From: Octopus sinensis
Lineage: Eukaryota
NCBI RefSeq assembly: GCF_006345805.1
Contig: NC_043023.1
Coordinates: forward strand, 19,220,001 to 19,284,000
Direction of reading: 5' to 3'
Length of the DNA: 64,000 nucleotides
This document shows positions 51,976 to 64,000 of this stretch, piece by piece. The notes below the pieces were generated by a model. The model was not told where the DNA came from. It made no database searches and saw nothing but the letters and a program-made list of their open reading frames with translations. Within the stretch, counting starts at the first letter, position 1; each line of letters starts with the position of its first letter. The position numbers were made by a program, and so were the translations under genes.

Positions 51976-52049
51976 AGGCTCCAGGGGGATTTGAACCCTC
52001 GACCTCCAATTTACTAAACTGGTGCTCTAACCAACTGAGCTACAGAGCC
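51976..52049 (-). tRNA. tRNA-Thr(AGT) gene or recent pseudogene
   Basis: Minus strand GGCTCTGTAGCTCAGTTGGTTAGAGCACCAGTTTAGTAAATTGGAGGTCGAGGGTTCAAATCCCCCTGGAGCCT. Cloverleaf with D arm GCTC/GAGC, anticodon loop TTAGTAA and TTC loop. One A-C mismatch in the T stem, two G-U pairs in the acceptor stem, no oligo-T terminator immediately downstream. Confidence 0.7.
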
Positions 52050-52283
52050 AATGCATGCATACATACGTACATACATACTCTTTTACTCTTTTCAGTCATT
52101 TGACTGCGGCCATGCTGGAGCACCGCCTTTAATCGAGCAACTTGAACCCGGGACTTATTCTTTTGTAAGCCCAGTACTTATTATATCGGTCTCTTTTGCC
52201 GAACCGCTAAGTAACAGGGACATAAACACACCAGCATCGGTTGTCAAGCAATGCTAGGGGCACAAACACAGACACACACACAT

Positions 52284-52323
<40 letters not shown>

Positions 52324-52765
52324 GACAGGCTTCTTTCAGTTTCCGTCTACCAAATCCACTCACAAGGCTTTGGTCGGCCCGAGGCTATAGTAGAAGACAC
52401 TTGCCCAAGGTGCCACACAGTGGAACTGAACCCGGAACCATGTGGTTGGTAAACAAGCTACTTACCACACAGCCACTCCTGCGCCTACATGTGTATGTGC
52501 ACACACACTGACCTACATATATGCACACAAACAAACAAATAAAAAGCAGCTTGGATAACAGACAGAGTCAACAACTATTGAAAAGGTTGCAACAAAAATT
52601 TTAGGCAAAATAAATAAATAAATGAATGGAAACTTTACCAGTGAGTGTGTTAAATAATAAGGCACTAAAAGAGAATGACCCTCCCACGACACAACAGTAT
52701 ATATTTTTATTTTTTATTTTATTTTATCTAGTTTCAGCTCACGTGCTGTGGCCATGCTGGGGCAC

Positions 52766-52802
<37 letters not shown>

Positions 52803-53074
52803 CACAGACACGTGCATGCACACACTCACAAACACATGTATGTATATGTATTTATGTACCTATGTATGTGTGTAACATATGTATTATATATATGTTTATA
52901 TGCATATATATATATGTGCGTGTGTGTGTATATATATACACACACACACACATACAAACATGTATGTATGTATATGTATTCATGTACCTATGTATGTGTG
53001 TAACATATGTATTATATAATATATGTTAATATGCATGTATATATATATATATATATGCATATATGTATGTGTGT

Positions 53075-53115
<41 letters not shown>

Positions 53116-53582
53116 CACACACACATGTATGTATGTATATGTATTTATGTACTTATGTATGTGTGTATATTTATATGTGCTGTTCTCAAATAAAACTATT
53201 TTTTAAAATTCTAGCTACACATGGGGTGAATAAACTGCATATATTCTAAAACTCAGTGTGCAGAGAAAACTTAGAATTGGCCTCATAAATTCTTCATACC
53301 ACAGGTCTTCAATTTAATCTGATTTAGTAGCCAGCTAATGTACAAAATATCAGATCTCAAACTCACAGTCTACCTAGGACTAGGAGTGAAAAAAAAATAC
53401 ACTTTGACTACTTAAATTCTTGGGCTCCCCCTTCAAATTTAAACCTGAGATCAAGATGAGAGCAACCATTTAGTAATTTTAATCCCCATGTCAAGTTCCC
53501 AGATCTCCACTTAAATTCTTTTCTCTCAAAAGTCGTTGTGACTTAGCAAAAATACCATTAGCCACTCATAAATAGGCTCAGT

Positions 53583-53969
53583 GAAGGCGCAATGGCCCAG
53601 TGGTTAGGGCAGCGGACTCACGGTCATAGGATCGCAGTTTCGATTACCAGACCGGGCGTTGTGAGTGTTTATTGAGCGAAAACACCTAAAGCTCCATGAG
53701 GCTCCGGCAGGGGATGGTGGTGATCCCTACTGTACTCTTTCACCACAACTTTCTCTCACTCTTACTTCCTGTTTCTGTTGTACCTGTATTTCAAAGGGAC
53801 CCAGCCTTGTCACTCTCTGTGTCACGCTGAATATCCCCGAGAACTACGTTAAGGGTGCACGTGTCTGTGGAGTGCTCAGCCACTTACACGTTAATTTCAC
53901 GAGCAGGCTGTTCCGTTGATTCGGATCAACCGGAACCCTCGTCGTCGTAACCGACGGAGTGCTTCCATC
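53583..53969 (+). mobile_element. Same SINE family, full length, 13-bp TSD
   Basis: Near-identical to 746-1130. TSD aaataggctcagt at 53570-53582 and 53970-53982. Partial relatives at 18365-18530 - and 47460-47720 +. Confidence 0.85.
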
Positions 53970-54961
53970 AAATAGGCTCAGTTTGCTTCAGACCACATCA
54001 GTGGATAGACCTTGGATAAAGTAGCATTGGCTATATGGACTTAGGAGTGGCTGTGTGGTAAGTAGCTTGCTTATGAACCATGTGGTTCTGGGTTCAGTCC
54101 CACTGCATGGCACCTTGGGCAAGTGTCTTCTACTATAGCTTCGGGCTGACCAAAGCCTTGTGAGTGGATTTGGTAGACGGAAACTGAAAGAAGCCCATCG
54201 TATATATGTATCATCATCATCATCGTTTAACGTCTGTTTCCCATGCTAGCATGGGTTGGATGGTTCGACCAGGGTCTGGGAAGCCAGAAGGCTGCACCAG
54301 GCTCCAGTCTGATCTGGCAGTGTTTCTACAGCTGGATGCCCTTCCTAACGCCTACCACTCAGTGAGTGTAGTGGGTGCTTTTTACATGCCATCAGCACAG
54401 GTGCCAGGGAAGGCTGGCAATGGCCACAATCGGTTGCTGCTTTTTACATGCCAAGGGAGGCTGGCAGTGGCCACGATTGGTTGGTGCTTTTTACGTGCCC
54501 GACACAGAAGCCAGTCAAGGTGGCGCTGGTATCCATGACGTTCGGATGGTGCTTTTCACGTGCCACCAGCACAGGTATCACAACTAATATATATATGTGT
54601 GCGTGTATACATTTGTGTGTCTGTGTTTGTCCCCCCAACATCGCTTGACAACCAATGCTGGTGTGTTTACATCCCCGTAACTTAGCGTATGTGTAGAGGT
54701 GTCATATGCATAATTTTTTCTAGGGGTGTAGGTATATATAGTTGTGTCCGTTGATCTGTATTCTTTCTATAATAGTTAAGGTTGCGGGGGGTTTTATGCT
54801 AGTGTGTGGTGTGTAATGTGTGTGTGTGTGTGTGATTTATATATGTGTGCGGGTACAATCTTTCCTCCATATTGGCTAACTCTGATGAGCATAAGGTTGT
54901 TACCTAACTCTCCATTGTATTTCTTGTGCGAAACCGATTATTAAAACTCATGTGCATATAT

Positions 54962-55048
<87 letters not shown>

Positions 55049-57146
55049 ATTTTCTTCTTGTTTCAGTCATTTGACTGTGGCCATGCCGGAGCACCACCTC
55101 GAAGGGTTTTAGTTGAACAAAATCACCCCATAGCTTTTTTTTGAAGCCTAGTACTTATTCTAAGTTATGGGGATATAAACAAACCAACATTGGTTGTCAA
55201 ACAATAGTGGGGGGAAAACTCATACACACACACATAAAAATATATATGTATATATACACACACACACACACATATAACAGGCTTCTTTCAGTTTCTGTTT
55301 ACCAAAACCACTCACAAGGCTTTGGTCAGCCTGAGGTTATAGTAGAAGACACTTACCCATGGTGCAATGCATGGGACTGAACCCAGGACCATGTGGCTAA
55401 GAAGCAAGCTACTTACCACACAGCCTTGAATTCTGTTTGAAAAATTGCTTTTATATTGTTAGAAACTTGAAAGAAAATCTTCCATTCAATAATTTGATTG
55501 TATCAAGAAGTATTTGTTAAAACTTACACACACACATACATACACGCGTAGATACAGCATTTATTATACGCAATTTACAAAAGGGCTAATAGTTTCCTAC
55601 CTATACACACACACACACACATATATAAAGAAATATTTTCTTAAACATCAATTATTTAAAAAAATTTTTTTGATGAATAGAATGTCATCACACACACACA
55701 TATATAAAGAAATATTTTCTTAAACATCAATTATTTAAAAAAATTTTTTTGATGAATAGAATGTCATGACTTTTGGAAAGAAGTTGTTATATTTTAATTC
55801 AAAAGGTTTGTGGCATTCTTTTTTAAAAATATTTTTATGTAATTAAGAACTTCTAAGAAAATCTTCTTTTCAATATTTTGTCTGTATCAAAAAGTATTTG
55901 AAAAACTTATACACACCCATATATATATATAGCATTAAAACACCCAATTTACAAGAGAGCTATTAACAGTTTCATGCTTATATAACTATACAAATTTGGG
56001 AAATTCTGTCGGTGGGTGTGTTTGTGGAGTTGTTAGCTAACACCTCCTACATCGTTTAATCGATTTTGATGAAACTTGACACATGAGTATAACTCATGTC
56101 TGGAAACCTCATGGCATACTCAGATTGTTGAAAAAAAAAATCGATAATAGGGCCCTTGGAAGGCATCCTTATATATATATCTAATATATTTTATTTTAAA
56201 AGCCAAGGGAAATAACCCATTCGTCCCTGGAAGGGATCCTTACATATAGCTAGGGGAAATAACCTATTCATATTCCTAAAATATTTGGTAAAAATGAAAT
56301 TGAGTATGCTTATTTCTTAGTATTTCAACCGTTAGAGTTATTTTCACAATTTATTCAGTACAACCCTTAAACAAGTAAATAGTATTTTCCTAAATAATAG
56401 ATCCACTTATTTTGGTTAGTGACTTATTCACGAATATACCAACACTAGTGTCTCTGAGGGTAATATTCTCTGGGAATGCACAAAAGCCCTTTTCAGAGTT
56501 ATTTACTTTGAATTGTTATTATCTCATATCTGATTGTTATTACGTAACATGCTTCACAATTATAGTATACATACATTATTAGTATTTCCTTCTACGTTCT
56601 ATATACTCTGGGAACACATTAAAGCCCTTTTTGGGGCCAAGTTATTTGAATTCATACTATCGGGTAACCAATTTCAAGTTATTACGTAACTGACTTCACA
56701 ATTTGGGTATTCATGTGATCCTGTGTAAGACAGTTTAGTATTCTCTGTAAATGCACAAAAACTGTTTTAAGGGCTACATACTTTGTACTGTTGTTATTGG
56801 ATATGGATAAGCCCTACTTTCCCAGGAATTACCGGGTACATGAGCTAGTATCATCATCATCATCATTATCATCATTTACGTCCGCTTTCCATGCTAGCAT
56901 GGGTTGGACGGTTCAACTGGGGTCTGGGGAGCCCGAAAGCTGCACCAGTCCAGTCAGATCTGGCAGTGTTTCTACAGCTGGATGCCCTTCCATATATATA
57001 TATATATGCATGTATATACATATAGATGTAGGTATGTACATATATGTATGTATGCATGTTTTATTTATTTAATTGTTATTATATGATTGAACGCCACGTG
57101 TCCTCTTCTAAGTATGTTTTATTTCAGTATATATATATATATATAC

Positions 57147-57182
<36 letters not shown>

Positions 57183-58034
57183 ATATATATGTGTGTGTGT
57201 TTATGTGTATATATATATATATATATTTGAAAAGAAGATTTTTTCTCAAAAAGGTTCTTTTCTTAATCTTAACTGTTTGAGAAAAAGTCTTCTCGCCAAA
57301 TATTATAACTGTATAATAAAGATCCTAGAAACAGCTGTATTTATAAATGTTCTAAAATCTAGGGGCAGGAATGGCTGTGTGGTAAGTAGCTTGCTAACCA
57401 GCCACATGGTTCTGGGTTCAGTCCCACTGCGTGGCATCTTGGGCAAGTGTCTTCTGCTATAGCCACGGGCTGACCAATGCCTTGTGAGTGGATTTAGTAG
57501 ACAGAAACTGAAAGAAGCCCGTCGTATATATGTATATATGTATAAGTGTGTGTGTATATGTTTGTGTGTCTGTGTTTGTTCCCCTAGCATTGCTTGACAA
57601 CCGATGCTGGTGTGTTTATGTCCCTGTTACTTAGTGGTTCGGCAAGAGAGACCAATAGAATAAGTACTGGGCTTACAAAGAATAAGTCCCGGGGTCAATT
57701 TGCTTGACTAAAGGCGGTGCTCCAGCATGGCCACAGTCAAATGACTGAAACAAGTAAAAGAGAGAAAGAGAGCCTTAGTTTTTTTTATTTCATTACGTAA
57801 AAAATTTATATGTATATATATATGTGTGTATATTTATATATATATATATATATATACACACAAAGAAATATTTTCTTAAACATTCTAAACTATTTAAAAA
57901 GATATTTTGATGAATAGAATATCGTCATGCCTTTTGTAAAGAAGTTTTTGTATTTTAATTCAAAAGGTTTGTAACATTCTTTTTAAAAAAATATTTTTAT
58001 ACAGGTAAAAACTTGTAAGAACTATTTGCAAAAT

Positions 58035-58372
58035 AGGGACTCCTTTCGGTCGTGAATGACCATGGGTTTGTACCGTGAAAGTCCCTTCTGAGGCACAAGG
58101 CCAGGCAAGGTTGTTCATGGAAGACCAGTGGTCGCCCATGCATACCAGTCTCCCGTCTCCATACCACTGATGTTATCCAAGGGAAAGGCAAAGGGGCCGA
58201 TACAGCTTGGCATTAGTGATGTTGCAACTCGTTTCTGCAGCTGAGTGAACTGGAGCAACATAAAAATAAAGTGTCTTGCTCAAGAACATAACATACAGCC
58301 TGGTCTGGGAATTGAACTCACTACCTCATGATTGTGAGCCCAACGCTCTAACAACAGAGCCATGTGCCTTCA
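58035..58372 (-). mobile_element. tRNA-headed SINE with V-like domain; relative at 13325-13510 +
   Basis: gttgtgttcttgagcaagacac...gttgctccagttcactcagctg. The 13325 copy carries gatggactggcgtcccgtcc, typical of V-SINEs. Confidence 0.6.
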
Positions 58373-58899
58373 CCTGATAGATAAATGTGTGTGTATGTAT
58401 ATATATGCGTGTGTATATATATTTCTTTACTATCCACAAGGGGCTAAACACAGAGAGGACAAACAAGGACAGACAAAGGGATTAAGTCGATTATATCGAC
58501 CCCCCAGTGCGTAACTGGTACTTAATTTATCGACCTCGAAAGGATGAAAGGCAAAGTCAACCTCGGCAGAATTTGAACTCAGAACGTAACGGCAGATGAA
58601 ATACCTATTTCTTTACTACCCACAAGGGGCTAAACACAGAGAGGACAAAGAAGGACAGACAAACGGATTAAGTCGATTACATTGACCCCAATGTGTAACT
58701 GGTACTTATTTCATCAACCCTGAAAGGATGAAAGGCAAAGTCGATCTTGGTGGAATTTGAACTCAGAACGTAACGGCAGACGAAATACTGCTAAGCATTT
58801 CTCCCGGTGCGCTAACGTTTCTGCCAGCTCGCCGCCTTGTATGTGTGCATATACATGTTTAAGTACTGGGGTTATAATATTAATAAAATAATAAACGCC

Positions 58900-59575
58900 T
58901 TACTTCTTCCCTGGGCATGGACACATTGAAACTCCGAAGTCTGGCAGCCACCCATAAAATTATTAACCATCTTATAAACAATAACTCTGACCACCTTTTC
59001 AAACTCCACCCGTCGACATATTTACAAAGTCAGAAAACAGCACAGCTCCTGACATGACTTTAGGAAACATTTTTTCACGCTAAGAGTTGCTGAAGCATGG
59101 AACAAACTGCTGGCATCAGTTGTTAGTTGTCGGAGCACTGCATCCTTCAAAACTTCCATGCTTTCTGAGATTTGCCAACACTACACCTGATCTTTCTCCT
59201 CTCCATACACACGCTGAAGTATGGAACAAACTGCCAGCATCAGTTGTTGGTTGTCGGAGCACTGCATCCTTGAAAACTTCCATGCTTCCTGAGATTCGCC
59301 AATACTACACCTGATTTCCTCCCCTCCATACACACGCTGAAGTATGGAACAAACTGCTGGCATCAGTTGTTAGTTGTCGGAGCACTGCATCCTTGAAAAC
59401 TTCCATGCTTCCTGAGATTTGCCAACACTACACCTGATTTCCTCCCCTCCATACACACAAGCAAGCATGTATCAGACTCATACATTATTCGCTTTCCAGA
59501 CATTTGTACATTACTGCATATACTCTGACAAGTTGTGGTGCACCTGAGCACTGTATACAATAATTTCATTATTAC
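58900..59575 (+). mobile_element. CR1-clade LINE 3' end with a tandem triplication of the last ~124 bp of the ORF/UTR
   Basis: Same family as 44160. gctgaag.atggaacaaactg repeats at 59089, 59213 and 59336. Confidence 0.8.
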
Positions 59576-62508
59576 ACTGGGGTTGATTTATTCAACAGAA
59601 ATTCTCTTCAAAGCAGTGCCCTAGCATGGCCACAGTCCAACGACTGAAACAAGATTAAAAAAAAACAAAAACCCAGATAAAACCAAAAACCTACTCGAAA
59701 TCTTTTCATACCCCCACAGACCCCCTCAACACGATACAATAAACTACACGCATACCCGAATTTTAAGTACATCTCTCTCTCTCTCTCCCTGTTTCTCTAT
59801 ATCACCAGATCAATAACTTTCCTATCGGTGATTAAATATTGATCTAGGTCGATAGGGCAATTTGAACAGCTATAAATAAACAACCCCACCCCTCGAAACA
59901 AAAGCTCTCGCTATGTCTCTCTCTCTCTCTTTTCCTTATTTGATTTATCAGAAAAACGAACCATTTTTCGAACACGAGGTCAAAGTTCACCAATGGTTAT
60001 GTTTATGTGGATTTCTCTCTCGCCTTGTTCCTGTTCTGTCTGTGCGTCTGTCTCTCATTCTATCTGTTTTTGTTGGTTTTTTTAAAAGATTTTCTTTGTG
60101 TTTTCGTTTCGTCTTTTCTCTTATTCTCCCTCAAACTTGTTTATATATTCTTTTATTCTTTCCCTTGTTTCAGTCATTTGACTGCGGCCATGCTGGAGCA
60201 CCGCCTTTAGTCGAGCAAATCGACCCCGGGACTTACTCTTTGTAAGCCCAGTACTTATTCTATCGGTCTCTTTTGCCGAACCGCTAAGTTACGGGGACGT
60301 AAACACACCAGCATCGGTTGCCAAGCAATGCTAGGGGGACAAACACAGACACACAAACATATATATATACATACATATATACGACAGGCTTCTTTCAGTT
60401 TCCGTCTACCAAATCCACTCACAAGGCATTGGTCGGCCCGGGGCTATAGTAGAAGACACTTGCCCAAGATGCCATGCAGTGGGACTGAACCCGGAACCAT
60501 GTGGTTGGTTAGCAAGCTACTTACCACACAGCCACTCCTGTGCATATATATATATATATATATACGACAGGCTTCTTTCAGTTTCCGTCTACCAAATCCA
60601 CTCACAAGGCATTGGTCGGCCTGGGGCTATAGTAGAAGACACTTGCCCAAGGTGCCACGCAGTGGGACTGAACCTGGAACCATGTGGTTGGTAAGCAAGG
60701 CTACTTACCACACAGCCACTTCTGTGCCTATATATATATTCTTTCACTTGTTTCAGCCATTTGACTGTGGCCAAGCTGGAGCACTGCCTTCAGTTGAACA
60801 AATCAACCACAGGACTTAATGTTTGTAAGCCTAGTACTTATTCTATCCATCCCTTTAGCCGAACTGCTAAGTTACGGGGACGTAAACAAACCAACATCGG
60901 TTGTCAAGCAATGGTCGGGGAACAAACACAGACACACAAATACATATGCAGGAGTGGCTGTGTGGTAAGTAGCTTGCTTACCAACCACATGGTTCCGGGT
61001 TCAGTCCCACTGCATGGCACCTTGGGCAAGTGTCTTCTACTATAGCCTCAGGCTGACCAAAGCCTTGTGAGTGGATTTGGTAGATGGAAACTGAAAGAAG
61101 CCCGTCGTATATATGTGTTTGTGTGTCTGTTTGTCCTCCCAACATCACTTGACAACCGATGCTGGTGTGTCTACATCCCCGTAACTTAGCAGTTCGGCAA
61201 AAGAGAACCAATAGAATAAGTACTAGGCTTACAAAGAATTTTTTTTTTTTTTTTACATCTGGTAAAGTATAGAACAAGAAAATTTTTAATGAAAATAATT
61301 TTTAATTAAGAATAAGTCCTGGGGTCGATTTGCTTGACTAAAGGTGGTGCTCCAGCATGGCCACAGTCAAATGACTGAAACAAGTAAAAAGAGACTATAT
61401 ATATTGGTAAAAACGGTAAGATAACAAAAGAAAGAAAAAGACCTCAAATTATGTAAATAGAGGAATTTATCTGTAAAGTAAATATGTGACAATTATTGAA
61501 TAGCCAAGATAAAACTCTGAGCTTCGGATGCCGAAGTGGAAATCCACAATACGTGTGTGGGCTTCTTTACAATTTCCATATACCAAATCTGGTCACTGAT
61601 CTTTGGTCTGTCCAAGGATATAGTAGAAGATATTTGCCCAAGGTGCCACGCAGTGGGATTGAACCCGGAACCATGTCGTTGGGTGGGAAACAAGCGTCTT
61701 ACCATAGAGCTACTCCTGTGCCTATACACGTATATATACTCTTTTACTTGTTTCAGTCATTTGACTGCGGCCATGCTGGAGCACCACCTTTAGTCGAGCA
61801 TATCGACCCCGGGACTTACTCTTTGTAAGCCCAGTACTTATTCTCTTTTGCCGAACTGCTAAGTGACGGGGACGTAAACACACCAGCATCGGTTGTCAAG
61901 CAATGCTAGGGGAACAAACACACACTTATATATATATATATATATATAAGACGGGCTTCTTTCAGTTTCAGTCTACCAAATCCACTCACAAGGCATTGGT
62001 CGGCCCGGGGCTATAGCAGAAGACACTTGCCCAAGATGCCACGCAGTGGGACTAACCCCGGAACCATGTGGTTGGTAAGCAAGCTACTTACAACACAGTC
62101 ACTCCTATTCTTTTCTTTTACTTTTTTCAGTCTTTTGACCTCGGCCATGCTAGAGCACCACCTTTAGTTGAACAAATCGACCCCAGGATGTAAACATACC
62201 AACATTAGTTGTCAGGCAATAGTGCGGGGACAAGCACTGACACAAAACACACACACACATATATATATTATATATATTTCTTTACTGCCCACAAGGGCTA
62301 AACATAGAAGGGACGAACAAGGACAGACAAAGTGATTAAGTCGATTACATGACCCAGTGCGTAACTGGTACTTAATTTATCGACCCCGAAAGGATTGAAA
62401 GGCAAAGTCGACCTCGGCGGATTTTGAACCCGAACACTTAACGGCAGACGAAATACGGCTAAGCATTTCGCCCGGCGTGCAACGTTTCTGCCAGCTCGCC
62501 GCCGTTCG

Positions 62509-62539
<31 letters not shown>

Positions 62540-64000
62540 GTACACACACACACACATATGATGGGCTTCTATCAGTTTCCATCTGCGAAATATGGTCACC
62601 GATCTTTGGTCTGTCCAAGGCTATAGCAGAAGACACTTGCCCAAGGTGCCATGCAGTGGGACTGAACCTGGAACCACACTGTTTGTCCGTTATGTTACAA
62701 ATTGCAGATATAGAAAAAAAACATGTCCAGATATGTCAGCACCATTTTTAATTCCTCCTTATTTAATTAATTACGTTTCTGGGATTGTCTCGTCTCTGGT
62801 CTATGACCAAAATTAGTGATTTTAATAACGACTTACTCTAATTAAGTAAAACCCGGAACAAAAGTAAATTAATCATTATTTCTTCGCTTACAACAATGTC
62901 CTTGGTATAATAACATAACAAGGACCTGAAGGAAATCTCCTGTATATAGGTATATTCTTTTACTTGTTTCAGTCATTTCACTACGGCCATATGTGCATAA
63001 GACGCTCCTGTCCTTGTACTGTCCACCTTCGTGTTTTTTATTTCTGTTTTTTATTTCTATTTTTATTTCTGTTTTTTATTTCTGTTTTTTTTTTATTTCT
63101 GTTTTTTATTTCTATTTTTGTTTCTTGTGTTTATATTCGTGTGGCATCCTGTCTTTGTTCCGTATACGTTCGACCCTCTTTCCAAGAAATCCAATGCCTG
63201 TGGCTTGGATTTTCCTTGGGGCTGGCCGGATCGGAGTGATATCGAGATTAAACAGCCGAAATTACTAAGATGATCCGGTTCCCGACTGAAGATTAGAGGC
63301 TTCGAGTGACCCGTCTGTTGTTTTGTGTCGTCTCCTTGTGTGTTTTTGTCCCACTTTGTAATTTATATTTTATATTTAATTTCCATACATATATATATAC
63401 ATACATACATATAAATATATGTGTGTGTAGATATATATATGTGTACATAGGCGTAGGAGTGGCTGTGTGGTAAGTAGCTTGCTTACCAACCATATGGTTG
63501 CAGGGTTCAGTCCCACTGCATGGCACCTAGGGCAAGTGTCTTCTACTATAGCCTCGGGCCGACCAAAGCCTTGTGAGTGGATTTGGTAGACGGAAACTGA
63601 AAGAAGCCCGTTGTATACATGTATATATATATGTGTGTGTGTGTCTGTGTTTGTCCCCCTAGCATCGCTTGACAACCGATGCTGGTGTGTTTACGTCCCC
63701 ATTTCTTAGCGGTTTGGCAAAAGAGACCGATAGAATAAGTACTGGGCTTACAAAGATTAAGTCCTGGGGTTGATTTACTCGACTAAAGGCCGTGCTCCAG
63801 CATGGCCACAGTCAAATGACTGAAACAAGTGAAAGAGTATAGAGTAAGAGTATATATATATATATATATATAATATATATATATGTACACATACAGGTGT
63901 GTTTGTGTCGTAAGATGTTTGTTTTCAAACTGCATGGACCCAGGTTCAGTACCACAGCAAAGCACCTGGACAAGTGTCTCCTATTGTATAACCTTCTGAA

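Overview
Eukaryotic, AT-rich, microsatellite- and SINE-saturated DNA. The repeat families and intron style point to a coleoid cephalopod, most likely Octopus (inference). One 100-N scaffold gap lies at 19454-19553. Host genes are all on the minus strand: (1) five in-phase coding exons of a secreted or membrane group-A SRCR protein (signal-peptide exon 14923-14779, then two SRCR domains each split over two exons; the gene continues left of the window); (2) a 1045-nt first coding exon of a sphingosine kinase (SPHK2-like, 27385-26341) whose PH-like N-terminal region is interrupted by about 200 aa of low-complexity sequence; (3) an uninterrupted HERC3/4-like HECT fragment at the contig end beside the gap. 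The rest is mobile DNA: several tRNA-derived SINE families, RTE, CR1 and R4/Dong LINE remnants, Penelope-like remnants, a full-length dead mariner, Tc1 and maT fragments, non-autonomous Helitrons, and one tRNA-Thr(AGT)-like gene. Most notable: several type-I hammerhead ribozyme motifs, including a near-intact GUC hammerhead on the sense strand of an SRCR intron and a dimer-type pair on the sense strand of the SPHK intron. Also notable: a cluster of three related pre-miRNA-like hairpins in the SPHK intron, and long fold-back duplications that start right at SRCR splice acceptors. All calls come from reading the sequence by eye; no searches or folding programs were run, and repeat coordinates are approximate.
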